A stretch of DNA of 64,000 nt from Cyanidioschyzon merolae (lineage: Eukaryota): assembly GCA_000091205.1 (NCBI GenBank), contig AP006499.2, one strand, 5' to 3'. Shown here in pieces: positions 21,143 to 31,894 of the stretch. The position numbers were made by a program, and so were the translations under genes. Position 1 is the first letter of the stretch, and every line of letters starts with the position of its first letter. The notes under the pieces are model-generated. The model did not search any database. It saw only the letters and a list, made by a program, of their open reading frames with translations, and was not told where the DNA came from.

Positions 21143-21871
21143 TACCGAGCAGCAACACACACACACAGTGCAGGGTCTGCTGCAGTTTCCGCTTCGTTTC
21201 GCCAGAAACGGTGCACTGGGAAGGTGCCAGCGACGCACCGAGGCTACGTGTCGTAGTTCGACTACAAGCACGCCGCCACCACTACCTACGACTGTAGCTG
21301 CGACGAGCCAAAGCCAAAGTCGCCCCTGAAACGGGAAACACGAACGTCTCCAGTTTCGCTCAAACAAAGTGCTTCGGTTATATCGTCGAGAACAAGAGAG
21401 AGCCCGTCGCTGGCGCAAACCCGTTCGGGAGACATTAACTGGTACAACACGTGTGGAAACCGGCGCGTTGCACACACACACACACGGCGTCTCCTGTTCG
21501 AACGCTAGAGCCGTCGAGCTGAAACCGCTCCAACCCACACTGGAGCGCTGCACCTGGACACCGCGGACAGCGGCGGCTCGCGATCTGCACGTGCGCCTCC
21601 CGAGCCTGGAGCATTGCCTGTGCTGATTCGCGAGCCGCTCGCTTTCGAATGTCATCGCGACTTGTGCGCTGGTACAGCCGAACATGCATTGGTAGATCAT
21701 GGTGTTGTTACATCGAGTTTGATCACAAAGGAACAGGCCCATTGAGATAACAGGGGTATCCATATTAAAGTTTGAGCGGTTTTCCGACTACCATTGAAGC
21801 CAGCCCTTGGAAGATTTGTCTGCGGCAGCTCCCTTTTCGTCTCGCTTGTCTGCAGCTTTGGATACGCGAGT

Positions 21872-23005
21872 CTATCCGAATTCCGCGTGGTAATTTGTCA
21901 GCATTCGAGCCATGTTATGGGCTACGTTATCGTCGGGATTTCGCAGTTTCCGGCCGACGCTCGTGCATTTGATCCATGCGCGATCGTTGCGGTCTATATT
22001 TCGCTTGCCATCTCTATGGACTCTGTAAACAGCCTCGGTGCACGCTTCGCAGCGGTGACTCTTGATTGTGGTGAGGAGTTCGCGGATGTAGACGACACGA
22101 GCTTCCCGAAACGCAGCGCTACAGCGCGTGAACGCGTGGTTTATCGCTCCGTACATGCCCTTGACGGGTACAGAGCGCTCCGCTGGATACCCGGCTCCGA
22201 TTCCGCGCCCGGTATCGTACGCTGCGATTATCGACGTCCATCGGGCGATCGCTCGGCGAGCACTCTATCGGCTACAGGTGCGAGCGCACGCTGTTCCATT
22301 CGATAGAGGATCTGTTGAACGCGACCTTGATCATGATGAAACAAGTACTGGATGGGGAATCCTGTCTCGTGATCAAGTCGGGACATTTAGATACGTGTAT
22401 GCTCTCTTCGTCCAAATATGTTTGGGCATTGTCCAACCGAAGCGATCGCTGCGTTGACCCAAGCCCATGTGCAAAATCCTTTTCTATGCAAGTAGAAGAA
22501 GAGATTGGAGCCCATAGAACCAAATCCTGTGAGAGGTATCCTGTCACTGTCGAATGGAGTATCGTCTATTGTCACGAAGAGAAGGATTTATTTTTGAAAC
22601 GTAATGGAAAATTTGACGTGGCAAGTTCAGTAAACTTGCTGCATGAGCACGTGATCAAGTCGTCAAAGCACGACATCGAGGACGCTTCCTTGCCAATCCA
22701 GAGGCGTGAGTCGCTGCGCTCACGAGTTACCTTGAAACCGAAAGATCGAAAACTTGAAGGATGCGAATTTTGGGCGTGCTCCATGTAAGAAAAGGAGAAG
22801 AACGGATGCTTTTGCGCAAGCATTGGATATCGATATCGGTTATTATGTGAGCATTTGTTCGAGGGCCCTGCGAAGAATCTTGACTCCGGTCACGCAACGA
22901 ATTCCAGCAGCATAGAGTCGAAAGCGCGACTCCGAAACCGCGGCTGGGGAACCGAAAAGCTACATATAAATCCATAAGCCGTTTTGACTGCACTTTGAAT
23001 CTCAA
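21872..23005 (-). pseudogene. Divergent TnpB-like (IS605 OrfB-like) relic, locus D
   Basis: ORF 21872..22156 has 'TTIKSHRCEACTEAV...RNDRAWIKCTSVGRKLRNPDDNVAHNMARML'. This matches a CxxC ... W-x-C-x-x-G ... D-x-N-x-A-x-N-x-AR arrangement, i.e. a TnpB zinc ribbon followed by RuvC-III. Further minus-strand ORF fragments in other frames (22272..23005) include 'IITDIDI' (RuvC-I-like) and 'WAWVNAAIASVG'. It lies in an AT-richer gene-free 3-kb divergent intergenic region and carries frameshifts. Confidence 0.35.
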
Positions 23006-24208
23006 GGTTATGCATCTGTCGAAAATCTCGAAAGTAGATCGGGAACCAGGAGCGGAGCCAGCGCTTCAGTGTCCGATTTCAATCGGAGTTCAGCATAGGC
23101 CTCGATGCTGTGCGCACATGCACGAGAATCCGTTTCGTCTCGAAGAACTTCGAGCTTCAAAGATGCGAGCTCAGCAGTTTTGCCACGATGCGTCCGTCCC
23201 ACGATGACGAAACGCAGGCATGATCGTCTGTTACCGCATCGCCGACAAGTGTTTTACGGCATCTCGATTGCATGCATTGCAGAGAGAGTCTGCTGGAATC
23301 GTTCCATGCAAAGCAGTAAACAAGCGAGCGTGAAGATCCATGCAGGCATTCGCATGCGGCGGCTGTCGTATGCCACTGATTTCCGTATCATCGCCGTGCC
23401 ACGATGCTATGCGTTGTCGTATGCATGACCCTCGCCATGCATTCGATACGCTATAAGTTGGTACCCGAACAGACGTCTGCATGCATGCTCGCATAGCGTC
23501 AGAATCATCATGCCTTTCTTTTGGAGTGACCAAAAATCCCGCGCTGTGAGCCCCGGGACGCACGCTTTCTGCAATGCACACCTCTCGCCAGCCATCAAGC
23601 GCTCCGGTTCAGCGACCGAGTGCGTGACCCGCACACGACGCCGACTTTTATCCTCACAAGGCCTGCTGCTGCACGCAGAACCTGGGCACAGAACGGGTGC
23701 AGCGCCCTGATCAACAACATGAACATTTCCCCAGCAGTATCTGCTGATACCTGGGCAATTCCGGCGGAAGTACAAAGCGCGAGACCATGCACTCGAAGCA
23801 GATACGGTGCACATTGCACAGACGATCGTGCACGAATTAACAGACATTTCTGGGGGAGCACCATAGGCGTCGTTCGAGCGACCACATTGCACAATAAACA
23901 CCCCAGTCTGATAACAGCTCACTCGAGCCATTATCCCGCGTCATGACGAGCGCTCCCCACGATTCACGGAAAGTTGACCCTGGCCAATACCATTGAGCGT
24001 AAGCGCCTGGGTCGTACTGAATCGATGAATCAAATCGGACACCCAGGAATGCACGATTCCAGAAGCGATTGCGCGGGTGCGTGCAGTGGCGCGCCAACGA
24101 CCTCGACTAGAACTTTGGAACGCGTTTTTGCCTATGGTGCTTGCTGCGTGAGTGAAAGCGCATAGAGCGTGCAGAAGCGTTTGCCTGGCGCGTAACAGTT
24201 GTCGCTCT

Positions 24209-25315
24209 ATGCCGACGACCCGTGAAGCACACGACGGCAGTTCCGGTTGCACGGAACAGGCTAGTCAGCGCGTAAAACGCTTAAGAGCCGCACTTCGCGA
24301 GCACTCGACGGCAATTGATGCAGTGAAGGACACTGTTGATGCACAGAAACTGCAGGAGTTTCTCGATCGGAATGATGAGCTTTCAGTGGACGTCGAGGAT
24401 GCGGTGGCGCAAGGTCTTCTGTCTGAAGCGTACCTCAAAATCACGCTACTGGAGCGAGCGTTGGTCGCAAAAGTGAAGACTGGGTTGAGGGTGCTCGATT
24501 CGGACGCTTTTCTTGAGCGTCTGCGAACAAAGTGGTCAGTTTCTCGGCAGCACGGCGTGCCGACTCGAGACACTTACGCTTCCGGAGTGACACTCGCGGA
24601 AAGCATAACCACAGTGCCCGAAACTAGCGAACCCGAGCGCCCGTCAGAACAGGCAGCTGCGAACCTCCGTGACGCCAGCACCGGTGACCTCGTTGTCGAT
24701 TTGGACGCGCTCGGCAAGCGATTCTATCGGTTTTTTCGAACCGCGCCTGCGCCAACTTTCATGTTTGGACTGGTAAACCTCTCAACCGAGACGGCGTCGA
24801 ATGTTTCAAGTGTTGAACAAACACCTGTTGTACGCGAACGCGCGGCCCGTGAGCGAACCGTTGTTGCTGCCACCGAACGCGCCGAACAGGTCTCGCTCAA
24901 TGACGTCCAGGAGCAGGTTCGTACGGACGTTGCAGTGAAGCAGATGTTCGATTTCTTAGAAGAACATGGCCCTATTGAGTTGTACGACCTTGTACTCGAT
25001 ACGAGCAGCTTCGGACGAACGATTGAGAACCTGTTTCACCTTTCGTTTTTGATTCGTGATGGAAGGGTAGAGTTGTGGCGTGAACATGATCAGTATATGG
25101 TGAGGCCACTGCATCGCCACGGCCAAAGTCTGGCTCGCACCGGACAGGAACCTGCGCCTGGTACAGCGGGAGCGGAGCTAGTCGCAGGCAAGCAAGCCAT
25201 CTTCCGATTCGATTGGCAAGATTGGAGTGAACTTTGCATGCAACGACATGGGAAACGAACGCTCCAACCGGGAACGAGCCCGAACCCGAGTCACAGTAGC
25301 ATCGCTGCATTGTAA
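24209..25315 (+). CDS. NSE4: Nse4/EID3-family kleisin subunit of the Smc5/6 complex
   Basis: C-terminal 'KQMFDFLEEHGPIELYDLVLDTSSFGRTIENLFHLSFLIRDGRVEL' matches the Nse4_C signature ('..NP.SF.QTVENLFY.SFL.K.G...'). The first in-frame ATG is at 24209 (the ORF listing starts at a GTG). Confidence 0.75.
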   Translation: MPTTREAHDGSSGCTEQASQRVKRLRAALREHSTAIDAVKDTVDAQKLQEFLDRNDELSVDVEDAVAQGLLSEAYLKITLLERALVAKVKTGLRVLDSDAFLERLRTKWSVSRQHGVPTRDTYASGVTLAESITTVPETSEPERPSEQAAANLRDASTGDLVVDLDALGKRFYRFFRTAPAPTFMFGLVNLSTETASNVSSVEQTPVVRERAARERTVVAATERAEQVSLNDVQEQVRTDVAVKQMFDFLEEHGPIELYDLVLDTSSFGRTIENLFHLSFLIRDGRVELWREHDQYMVRPLHRHGQSLARTGQEPAPGTAGAELVAGKQAIFRFDWQDWSELCMQRHGKRTLQPGTSPNPSHSSIAAL

Positions 25316-27087
25316 CTGCGTTCACTATGAAACAAAGCGCAGCGTTTTTGTGATGTGAGATCGATGCGTTTGGCAAGATTCTCCCGGGATACGCGCATCG
25401 TCCGGGTAACATCTAATCATTCGCAGATGATAGCGTTTGGCGCTTACGAAGCCCCGCAGCGCATCGACGACTCCGATCCACGTGAGGCACTCGGGTAGCG
25501 CGGCAGTGGGGTGCTTGGTGTGCATGTCGCGCTGCAGCAACGCGCAGAGCAGGAAGCATTCCGAGTTTTACCCGATTCTCGCAACAAAAGTCGGTTCTGT
25601 TGCGGACCGAGTCGCTCTTGTCAGTGCTGAAACAATGCGGAGCACGCAGTGATTTGTGGGGCTTTGAAACATCAAGATAATTCTTGCCGTTTAGTTAGAG
25701 CCGGGGAATCGTATTTTTGGTACAGAAGCGCCCTGCGAGATTCCCTGGCGAGGCTCATCGATTGCCATGTGTTGAGCAGGGCTATGCGATTGGCTTTTGG
25801 ATTGTTTCACACTACGACAATACAACGTATGTTCGCTCTAGCTCAGAATCTGATCCAAAAAACAGTCATTTTCACGGAGCTGCACCGAGCTTTATGCTAA
25901 ACTTTTTCGCTCTTCTGGGAACGGTTGCTCACATCCTGCTTGCGATCAGGCCTGCATCTTCTTCGCTTCCGAGGCGTGAAGCAGACAATGCGGCTCATGC
26001 GAGAAAGCGCCAGCAATGCAGAGATCAAACATTGGGCCACTGCCTTCAAATAACAGCTTTCCCGGGGTCCGTGGCGGTTTCAGGGCACCGTTTGCTGCAC
26101 TATGATCCAGCAGAACCACAAAAGAATGCGACTTGTGCGAAGCACACTGACCAGGGCTGAAATCTGTGGCCCCCGCTGGCTTGCACAACCAGCGACTTGC
26201 GAACGACTCCGCGGCTCCAGACGCTGAACGCGTACCCGTGGATGACGTGGACGCTGCCAGCACAGCAGGCTACGGCATGCGCGCTGATGTCGGACACTTG
26301 TCAAGTAACGTTAGACGGGATGAACACAGCAACTCGTCTTGGTCCGTGCATTGCGGATGCCGTGATAACAATCTGCAGACCAGGCGGCAGGGACGGGCCC
26401 TGGTTCGTGTAGGGCGGGGTTATCTTCGACCAAGCATGCTTCCATGACAGCGGGTGCGAGTCAGGCGCCCCTCCAGCGAGACTGCTTTCGGTGTGTCGCG
26501 TGTAATGCGTTATCTGATCTGGATCTCAGGTCCAAGACGCTTCGCATTCAGTCGAGGACTGGTATGCTCCATGTACGTAGTATGATCCATATTCTGGTAA
26601 AGGAGCAACGAACCGTCTCAGTCTCTTCGTACATGATCATCAGTTTCTGGGATAGATGCTTGTGCTTTTCTGAAGGAGCATTTTATCTGAAAGCTACCAA
26701 CGATGAGTGTACCGAGTACAAGCGGATGCGACACAGCACAAAAACTCCATGCACCAGCCCATCGTCCATGTATGTTCATTCCTGCAGAACCCTGCTTCTC
26801 GATGAAGACGTCAAGATCCGCCGGAGCGATCCGAGCTGCAAGATGCCCATGAACACCATTTGAGCAGAATCAAAACTCCGAGGTATCGTCGCATTTGTCT
26901 ATTTACCATCAACACAGCCAGTTTCGGTGTGCGCGACAATGGTTTCGCCTCCGCGTTGACGGCTGCTAGCTCTGGCGTAGTGAGTGTGTCTTTTTGGTCT
27001 AGATGTTGCCAGGGTACAGGCAGTGAACACTCCACAGGACAGCGTCAGACAGGTTCCCTTTTGCATCTGCGGTACTCAATACGACAT

Positions 27088-27476
27088 GGGACCAATGGGT
27101 ACCAATGGGTACCAATACGGAGGCGATATACAGCCCAGAGGGCACGGTCAAGTCAAACCGATCGGTCGCGTACGATGATATCAAGCATACTCGGTGAATG
27201 GGTACCAATATGGAGGCGAGATACAGCCCAGAGGGCACGGTCAAGTCAAACCGATCGGTCGCGTACGATGATATCAAGCATACTCGGTGAATGGGTACCA
27301 ATATGGAGGCGAGATACAGCCCAGAGGGCACGGTCAAGTCAAACCGATCGGTTGCGTGCGATGATATCAAGCATACTCGGTGAATGGGTACCAATATGGA
27401 GGCGAGATACAGCCCAGAGGGCACGGTCAAGTCAAACCGATCGGTCGCGTACGATGCTATCAAGCATACTGCCTGG
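27088..27476. repeat. 93-bp minisatellite, ~4 copies
   Basis: The unit 'gggtaccaatatggaggcgagatacagcccagagggcacggtcaagtcaaaccgatcggtcgcgtacgatgatatcaagcatactcggtgaat' sits at 27107, 27200, 27293 and 27386, preceded by a 'gggaccaatgggtaccaatgggtaccaat' stutter. The 339-aa ORF 26860..27879 is a repeat translation. Confidence 0.9.
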
Positions 27477-28065
27477 CCAGCTCACGCTGTCGCTCTATGA
27501 CGCGTCGCCACCAGCGCATTTCTGCCGCGGCACTCTTGCAAGGCGGAAAGACGCGAAGCTCATCAACGATGCAAATACAGTTACCCTCATGCCAGTTCAC
27601 CCGACCAGAGCAATACAGTACGACTCCAGTTTGCAGAGCACTCCGAGTCCCTTGCTTCCAGTCACCCGCGCCTTGGAGCATACCTTCGGGAGAGTTCCAG
27701 CACTGAGCCTTCGCGACTCCCGTTCCGTCGTCGATAGCGAGACGTATACAGGCACGCGAAAACTTTATTTCCCTAACGATTCCGAGCAGACACACACGCG
27801 TGATATGCAGAAGCGTCAGCGTGAGTTTCCAGGCTGGTACCCACTCATCGGTGCCGTCGTCGCTGGCTTCCGGTGTTAGTCGACTGTCCCAGCGCGGGAT
27901 TGGTAGTATAGCCAAGTCGCGTACCGGCTCCAGCGCGGGAGCATCCTTTGCAGGCTGTAAAGGCTGCCGGACAGCTTTATAAAGTTGGACAGCGAATACT
28001 TCAACCGCGCTGCTTAAAACCGGCAAGTTCCTGTGGTATCCCCAGTTGAGCCGGCGCTCAAACAT
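27460..28065 (-). CDS. RPA32/Stn1-family single OB-fold protein (no C-terminal winged helix)
   Basis: 'ITRVCLLGIVREIKFSRACIRLAIDDGTGVAKAQCWN...GVVLYCSGRVNWHEGNCICIVDELRVF' fits the RPA2/Stn1 OB pattern (V.ivG.V...-.y.lDDGTG.i.v..W ... G.yV.V.G.l...n.....i.v..i). The first ATG is at 28065. Confidence 0.5.
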   Translation of the reverse strand: MFERRLNWGYHRNLPVLSSAVEVFAVQLYKAVRQPLQPAKDAPALEPVRDLAILPIPRWDSRLTPEASDDGTDEWVPAWKLTLTLLHITRVCLLGIVREIKFSRACIRLAIDDGTGVAKAQCWNSPEGMLQGAGDWKQGTRSALQTGVVLYCSGRVNWHEGNCICIVDELRVFPPCKSAAAEMRWWRRVIERQRELARQYA

Positions 28066-29105
28066 AACGGCTACAACAGCCGCTATCCCGGTTCGAATCA
28101 GAACGCACCTAGTGAACGTCAAGCTCACATAGGCACTTGCGTTTCCGGGTCAAAGTTGAGTTTAGAGTCGAGCGCTCCGTAAGACGACGGCTTTTCGTCG
28201 CCGTGTGCGTGGCGACTCGGCGTAACGATGTCGTGCGCTGTACGAAAAGCACGAGCAGCAGCAGCAGCGCTCACGCCCGACACTCTCAGCGGTGGTAAGG
28301 CGAAGCGGTTCTGTTTATGCGTTGCTTCCGCACCGGCGTTGCAGATGACGTTGCGTACGCTCACTGCAGGCACTCGGCACACGATAGACAGTACGACTTG
28401 AACAGTATCTCCCATACGGAGCACTTGTGGTACCGGGTGGAGCTTGAAAGTAGAGTGGAAAATGATAGACGTTCTCCAATATGCCGGTTTCCTATCCTGC
28501 ACAACCGGAGATCTCTGGTCAGCGTAAACCCACTGTCGATCGAAGTACTCCATTCGAGGGCCGCATCTTGGCGGATGGACGCACCAGATGTTTTGGCATC
28601 CGCCAGATACACCACTGCAGCAAACGAACAGCGTGTAGGGACATGACTGCATCGGCAAGCGCTTTCATGTTCCATGGAATTCAGTCCAGAGATCCTCTAC
28701 GCACCAACATCCTTACCAGTCCAACGAGCTTTGCAGCGCAGAGCATACCGCAGGTGCGTGATCGGCAGTCGTTTGCGCCCCAGCAAATATCCAACGGCAG
28801 CTGGACGGCTCGACGGTGCCTCTGGCGGTCGCAAATCGACGCCTGGGCAAAGCGACACAAACCCCATCACACAACCGTATAGGGCGTCAAAAAGCTACAC
28901 AAAAAATGCATCTGCGAGCAGGTCCAGCAGCGCAACGTCACCGCGGATGGCAAGCGGCGATCAGCGCATGAGGCAGGCGCGCTACGCACACCCACTGTCG
29001 CGTGACCTGCTCGAGAAGCGCAACGCAGTGGAGACGCTGCACGCGGAGCACGGACCCGTCGATCCCTCAGATCCGTGGAACGCTGCGCCTAGGGAGCTTC
29101 ACGCA

Positions 29106-29489
29106 GAGCCGCCACAACCTCCCGATTCTTTCTCTTCGATAGAAAGGTCATTCAGACCAGGAATCAGTAACGATGCGATGGATATCGCATATGCGTGATC
29201 AGAGCCGCCACAACCTCCCGATTCTTTCTCTTCGATAGAAAGGTCATTCAGACCAGGAATCAGTAACGATGCGATGGATATCGCATATGCGTGATCAGAG
29301 CCGCCACAACCTCCCGATTCTTTCTCTTCGATAGAAAGGTCATTCAGACCAGGAATCAGTAACGATGCGATGGATATCGCATATGCGTGATCAGAGCCGC
29401 CACAACCTCCCGATTCTTTCTCTTCGATAGAAAGGTCATTCAGACCAGGAATCAGTAACGATGCGATGGATATCGCATATGCGTGATCC
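29106..29489. repeat. 96-bp minisatellite, 4 copies, containing the perfect palindrome CGCATATGCG
   Basis: The unit 'gagccgccacaacctcccgattctttctcttcgatagaaaggtcattcagaccaggaatcagtaacgatgcgatggatatcgcatatgcgtgatca' sits at 29106, 29202, 29298 and 29394. It ends ~15 bp before the first ATG of the Ctf18-like ORF. Confidence 0.9.
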
Positions 29490-29503
29490 GCGTTGCAATA
29501 CGT

Positions 29504-31894
29504 ATGCGAGCGGCAGCTCCCGAGGCAGTGCGCTGCGAATCGCAAGCCGCGCGCTGCCCTGCAGCGATGCGCGCGAAAAATCGCCTCCAGGAACGGCGCG
29601 CGCCGCGGCGTCGATCGCGCATCGCATTGGGTGCTGCTTGCGGCACGAGACGGTGCTTTCGGCTGCTGCAAGTGTCGTACGTACCTCATATGGATGTGAG
29701 CGGGAACGGGTTATTGATGCCTCGTAACCTGCAAGTTCGTCGTAGCGACGGTAGGGTGTTGTCTGTACGTATCCGCGAGGCATCATTGGGTGAAGAAGCG
29801 AACCTGCACTTCGGTAAGCTAGAGGCTGCAGTCGCTTGCCCGGTGGCAGGTGTTCATGAGGCGTCCAGCTGGACACGTGAGCCAGTATGCAGAACAAATC
29901 GGCAGTCGAGCAACAATGTCGACCACGAGGTGTCACAATCTGGGCTGAGCCTGGCTGATAAAGCTGCTACAGTCAACGGGATGCTCTGGTCAGACGCGCA
30001 TGCTCCCAAAGCGTATACCGAGTTGCTCGGCGATGATCGAATGCACCGGGAGTTGTTGCGCTGGCTGGTCAGCTGGTCGCAGTATCGGGACGTACGCAGC
30101 ACCTCGGGAGCATCCTTTCGGAACGGGACCGGTGCTTGTCGTCGGTTCACCGCGCCGTTGACACCCTTAGCGGTGTTGGCCGGTCCGCCCGCATCCTGCA
30201 AAACGGCGTGTGTGCGTGTTCTCGCTGAGCGGGCTGGTCTGGAAATGTGGGAGCCCCATATGCTGTTTAGAGACGGGTTGAACTGTGCAGAAAATCGATT
30301 TGCAGAGGTACTCGGGAGTGCTTCGCTACGAACAGGGCGACCAAGGCTGGTAGTTGTCGACGAGGGCGTTTTACCCGCAGAAGCCTTTGCCTCTCTGAAA
30401 CGAAGCGCCGGGAACGCTTCCGCCAACACCATCCACTGGTCGGATGTTCTTGTTCGCGTAGCGCTCACGTTGAAAAGCGTACCTGTTCTCTTCGTTCTCG
30501 ACGATGCTCACTGCCGTGAGGCCCGCATCCTCCGTGCGCAGGGAGCTGTCATTTTCACTTGCAGCCGCCCCGGTTTGCAGCCGCTCAAGAGACGTCTAGA
30601 GCAGGTTACGCGTCACTGTGGCTTGAAATTCGCCGAATCCGCCTTTCTTGAGCATCTTGCACTGGCACTTAACTGCGATATTCGAGCATGCCTGAACCAA
30701 CTCCAGCTTATTGGTGCCTGTCAATGGTCTGATGGCCTGTGGTCCACCATTGGCCTGCGTGATGCACCGGGGCCTCTGCGAGAGCAATGCTCGCAAATAT
30801 TCCGGGTGAGCGCGCGTCCAGCGTCCTATATGGTTCAGACGGGAGCCGGTGGCGTTCGTAACCGAGCGACCGGAACTGCGTCCGACGATTCTGAACGGGA
30901 TATTCCGCACCGACCAGCGTTCGGGGCATCTCAGAGCCCAGATCTCTGGAAACGACAGCATTTTCTCAGCGGTGAAATTCGCGATTATCTCGACATGTGT
31001 TTCGAGAACTATCTGGCGGTGGTGCCCTTCGATCCGCTGATGCGTCGCTGCAGCGCTGCAGTCGACTGGCACAGTTGTATCGATTCGATGATCCACAACG
31101 AGCTGGTGGACTCGATGGTGCTGGAAACGCTCGGCCTTGCTGCCCTGCAATCGTACCGTTACCATTGCGGGCGATCGACTGCACCCGTACCACACTCGCT
31201 CAAACTGGCCCGTTTCGGGTGCCTCGACGCCAACTCCCCGATGCATACGCGAAACCGCGACATCATAGAGCGATATCGACAGGCGCTTATCGAAGATTCA
31301 AGCAACGCTTCTGTACGGCAAGCATATGCGCTATCTCTGCGGCGCGAGGGCGTTCTCGTTTTCATACCGTTGCTTGTTGTCACGATGCAAGCGATCGTGG
31401 AAGCGACAGTCGCGGAAAAAGGCGCACGGCGCGCGGAGCTGCTCCGGCACCTAGGAAAGCAACTGTCGAGCTACGCGCTACGTTGGGCGGCGGATGACGA
31501 TTCGCAGGCCAACATTGCACCAGAAGCGCCATCAGGTGCTCGCCGGTGGAATGCTCTTCCGCTTGAACCAGCGATCGCTGACCTATGCATCATGCAAAGC
31601 GCTTCGTATCCGGAATGCAAACGGGAAGGCGTGCGAGCGCTTCAACGACAGTTCGGCGTGCTACTCAGGAACTGCGCTGGGCAACGGGTGCGGTCCGCTC
31701 GGAACGTCGCACTGCGCGGAAACGCACTCCACCACCACGCTGCGCATCCTCTGAGTTTACCGGTGAAACGCGACGCTAGGATATCGGAGCTTCGATCGCA
31801 TTCAGATGGCATCCAGTGCATCGTCCGTTACCAGTATCGCGAAGGGCACACGAACGCGGTCTTGCGTCCGTGTCTGATCGAGGATTTGCTATAA
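29504..31894 (+). CDS. CTF18: Ctf18/Chl12-like RFC-family AAA+ clamp-loader subunit
   Basis: 'LWSDAHAPKAYTELLGDDRMHRELLRWLVSW' parallels the Ctf18/RFC1 'LWVDKY(A/K)P..F.EL..D......L.WL..W' box. The P-loop 'LAGPPASCKTACVRVLAE' follows. The start is uncertain: in-frame ATGs at 29504, 29567 and 29690, and the first ~60 codons are very GC-rich and may be 5' UTR. Confidence 0.65.
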   Translation: MRAAAPEAVRCESQAARCPAAMRAKNRLQERRAPRRRSRIALGAACGTRRCFRLLQVSYVPHMDVSGNGLLMPRNLQVRRSDGRVLSVRIREASLGEEANLHFGKLEAAVACPVAGVHEASSWTREPVCRTNRQSSNNVDHEVSQSGLSLADKAATVNGMLWSDAHAPKAYTELLGDDRMHRELLRWLVSWSQYRDVRSTSGASFRNGTGACRRFTAPLTPLAVLAGPPASCKTACVRVLAERAGLEMWEPHMLFRDGLNCAENRFAEVLGSASLRTGRPRLVVVDEGVLPAEAFASLKRSAGNASANTIHWSDVLVRVALTLKSVPVLFVLDDAHCREARILRAQGAVIFTCSRPGLQPLKRRLEQVTRHCGLKFAESAFLEHLALALNCDIRACLNQLQLIGACQWSDGLWSTIGLRDAPGPLREQCSQIFRVSARPASYMVQTGAGGVRNRATGTASDDSERDIPHRPAFGASQSPDLWKRQHFLSGEIRDYLDMCFENYLAVVPFDPLMRRCSAAVDWHSCIDSMIHNELVDSMVLETLGLAALQSYRYHCGRSTAPVPHSLKLARFGCLDANSPMHTRNRDIIERYRQALIEDSSNASVRQAYALSLRREGVLVFIPLLVVTMQAIVEATVAEKGARRAELLRHLGKQLSSYALRWAADDDSQANIAPEAPSGARRWNALPLEPAIADLCIMQSASYPECKREGVRALQRQFGVLLRNCAGQRVRSARNVALRGNALHHHAAHPLSLPVKRDARISELRSHSDGIQCIVRYQYREGHTNAVLRPCLIEDLL

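Noticed and set aside
21143-21763. Upstream 200-aa extension of the SRPBCC ORF
   Set aside because: It contains (CA)n / 'VCVCCCS' low complexity and no domain signal. The domain starts at the ATG at 21142, which is taken as the start.
26860-27879. 339-aa + strand ORF
   Set aside because: It is open only because it runs through the 93-bp (31-codon) minisatellite. The repetitive 'VPIWRRDTAQRARSSQTDRSRTMISSILGE' translation is not a protein.
28080-28110. tRNA B-box-like 'cccGGTTCGAATCagaac'
   Set aside because: No complementary T-stem, acceptor stem or D-arm can be drawn on either strand. It lies inside the N-terminal region of the OB-fold ORF.
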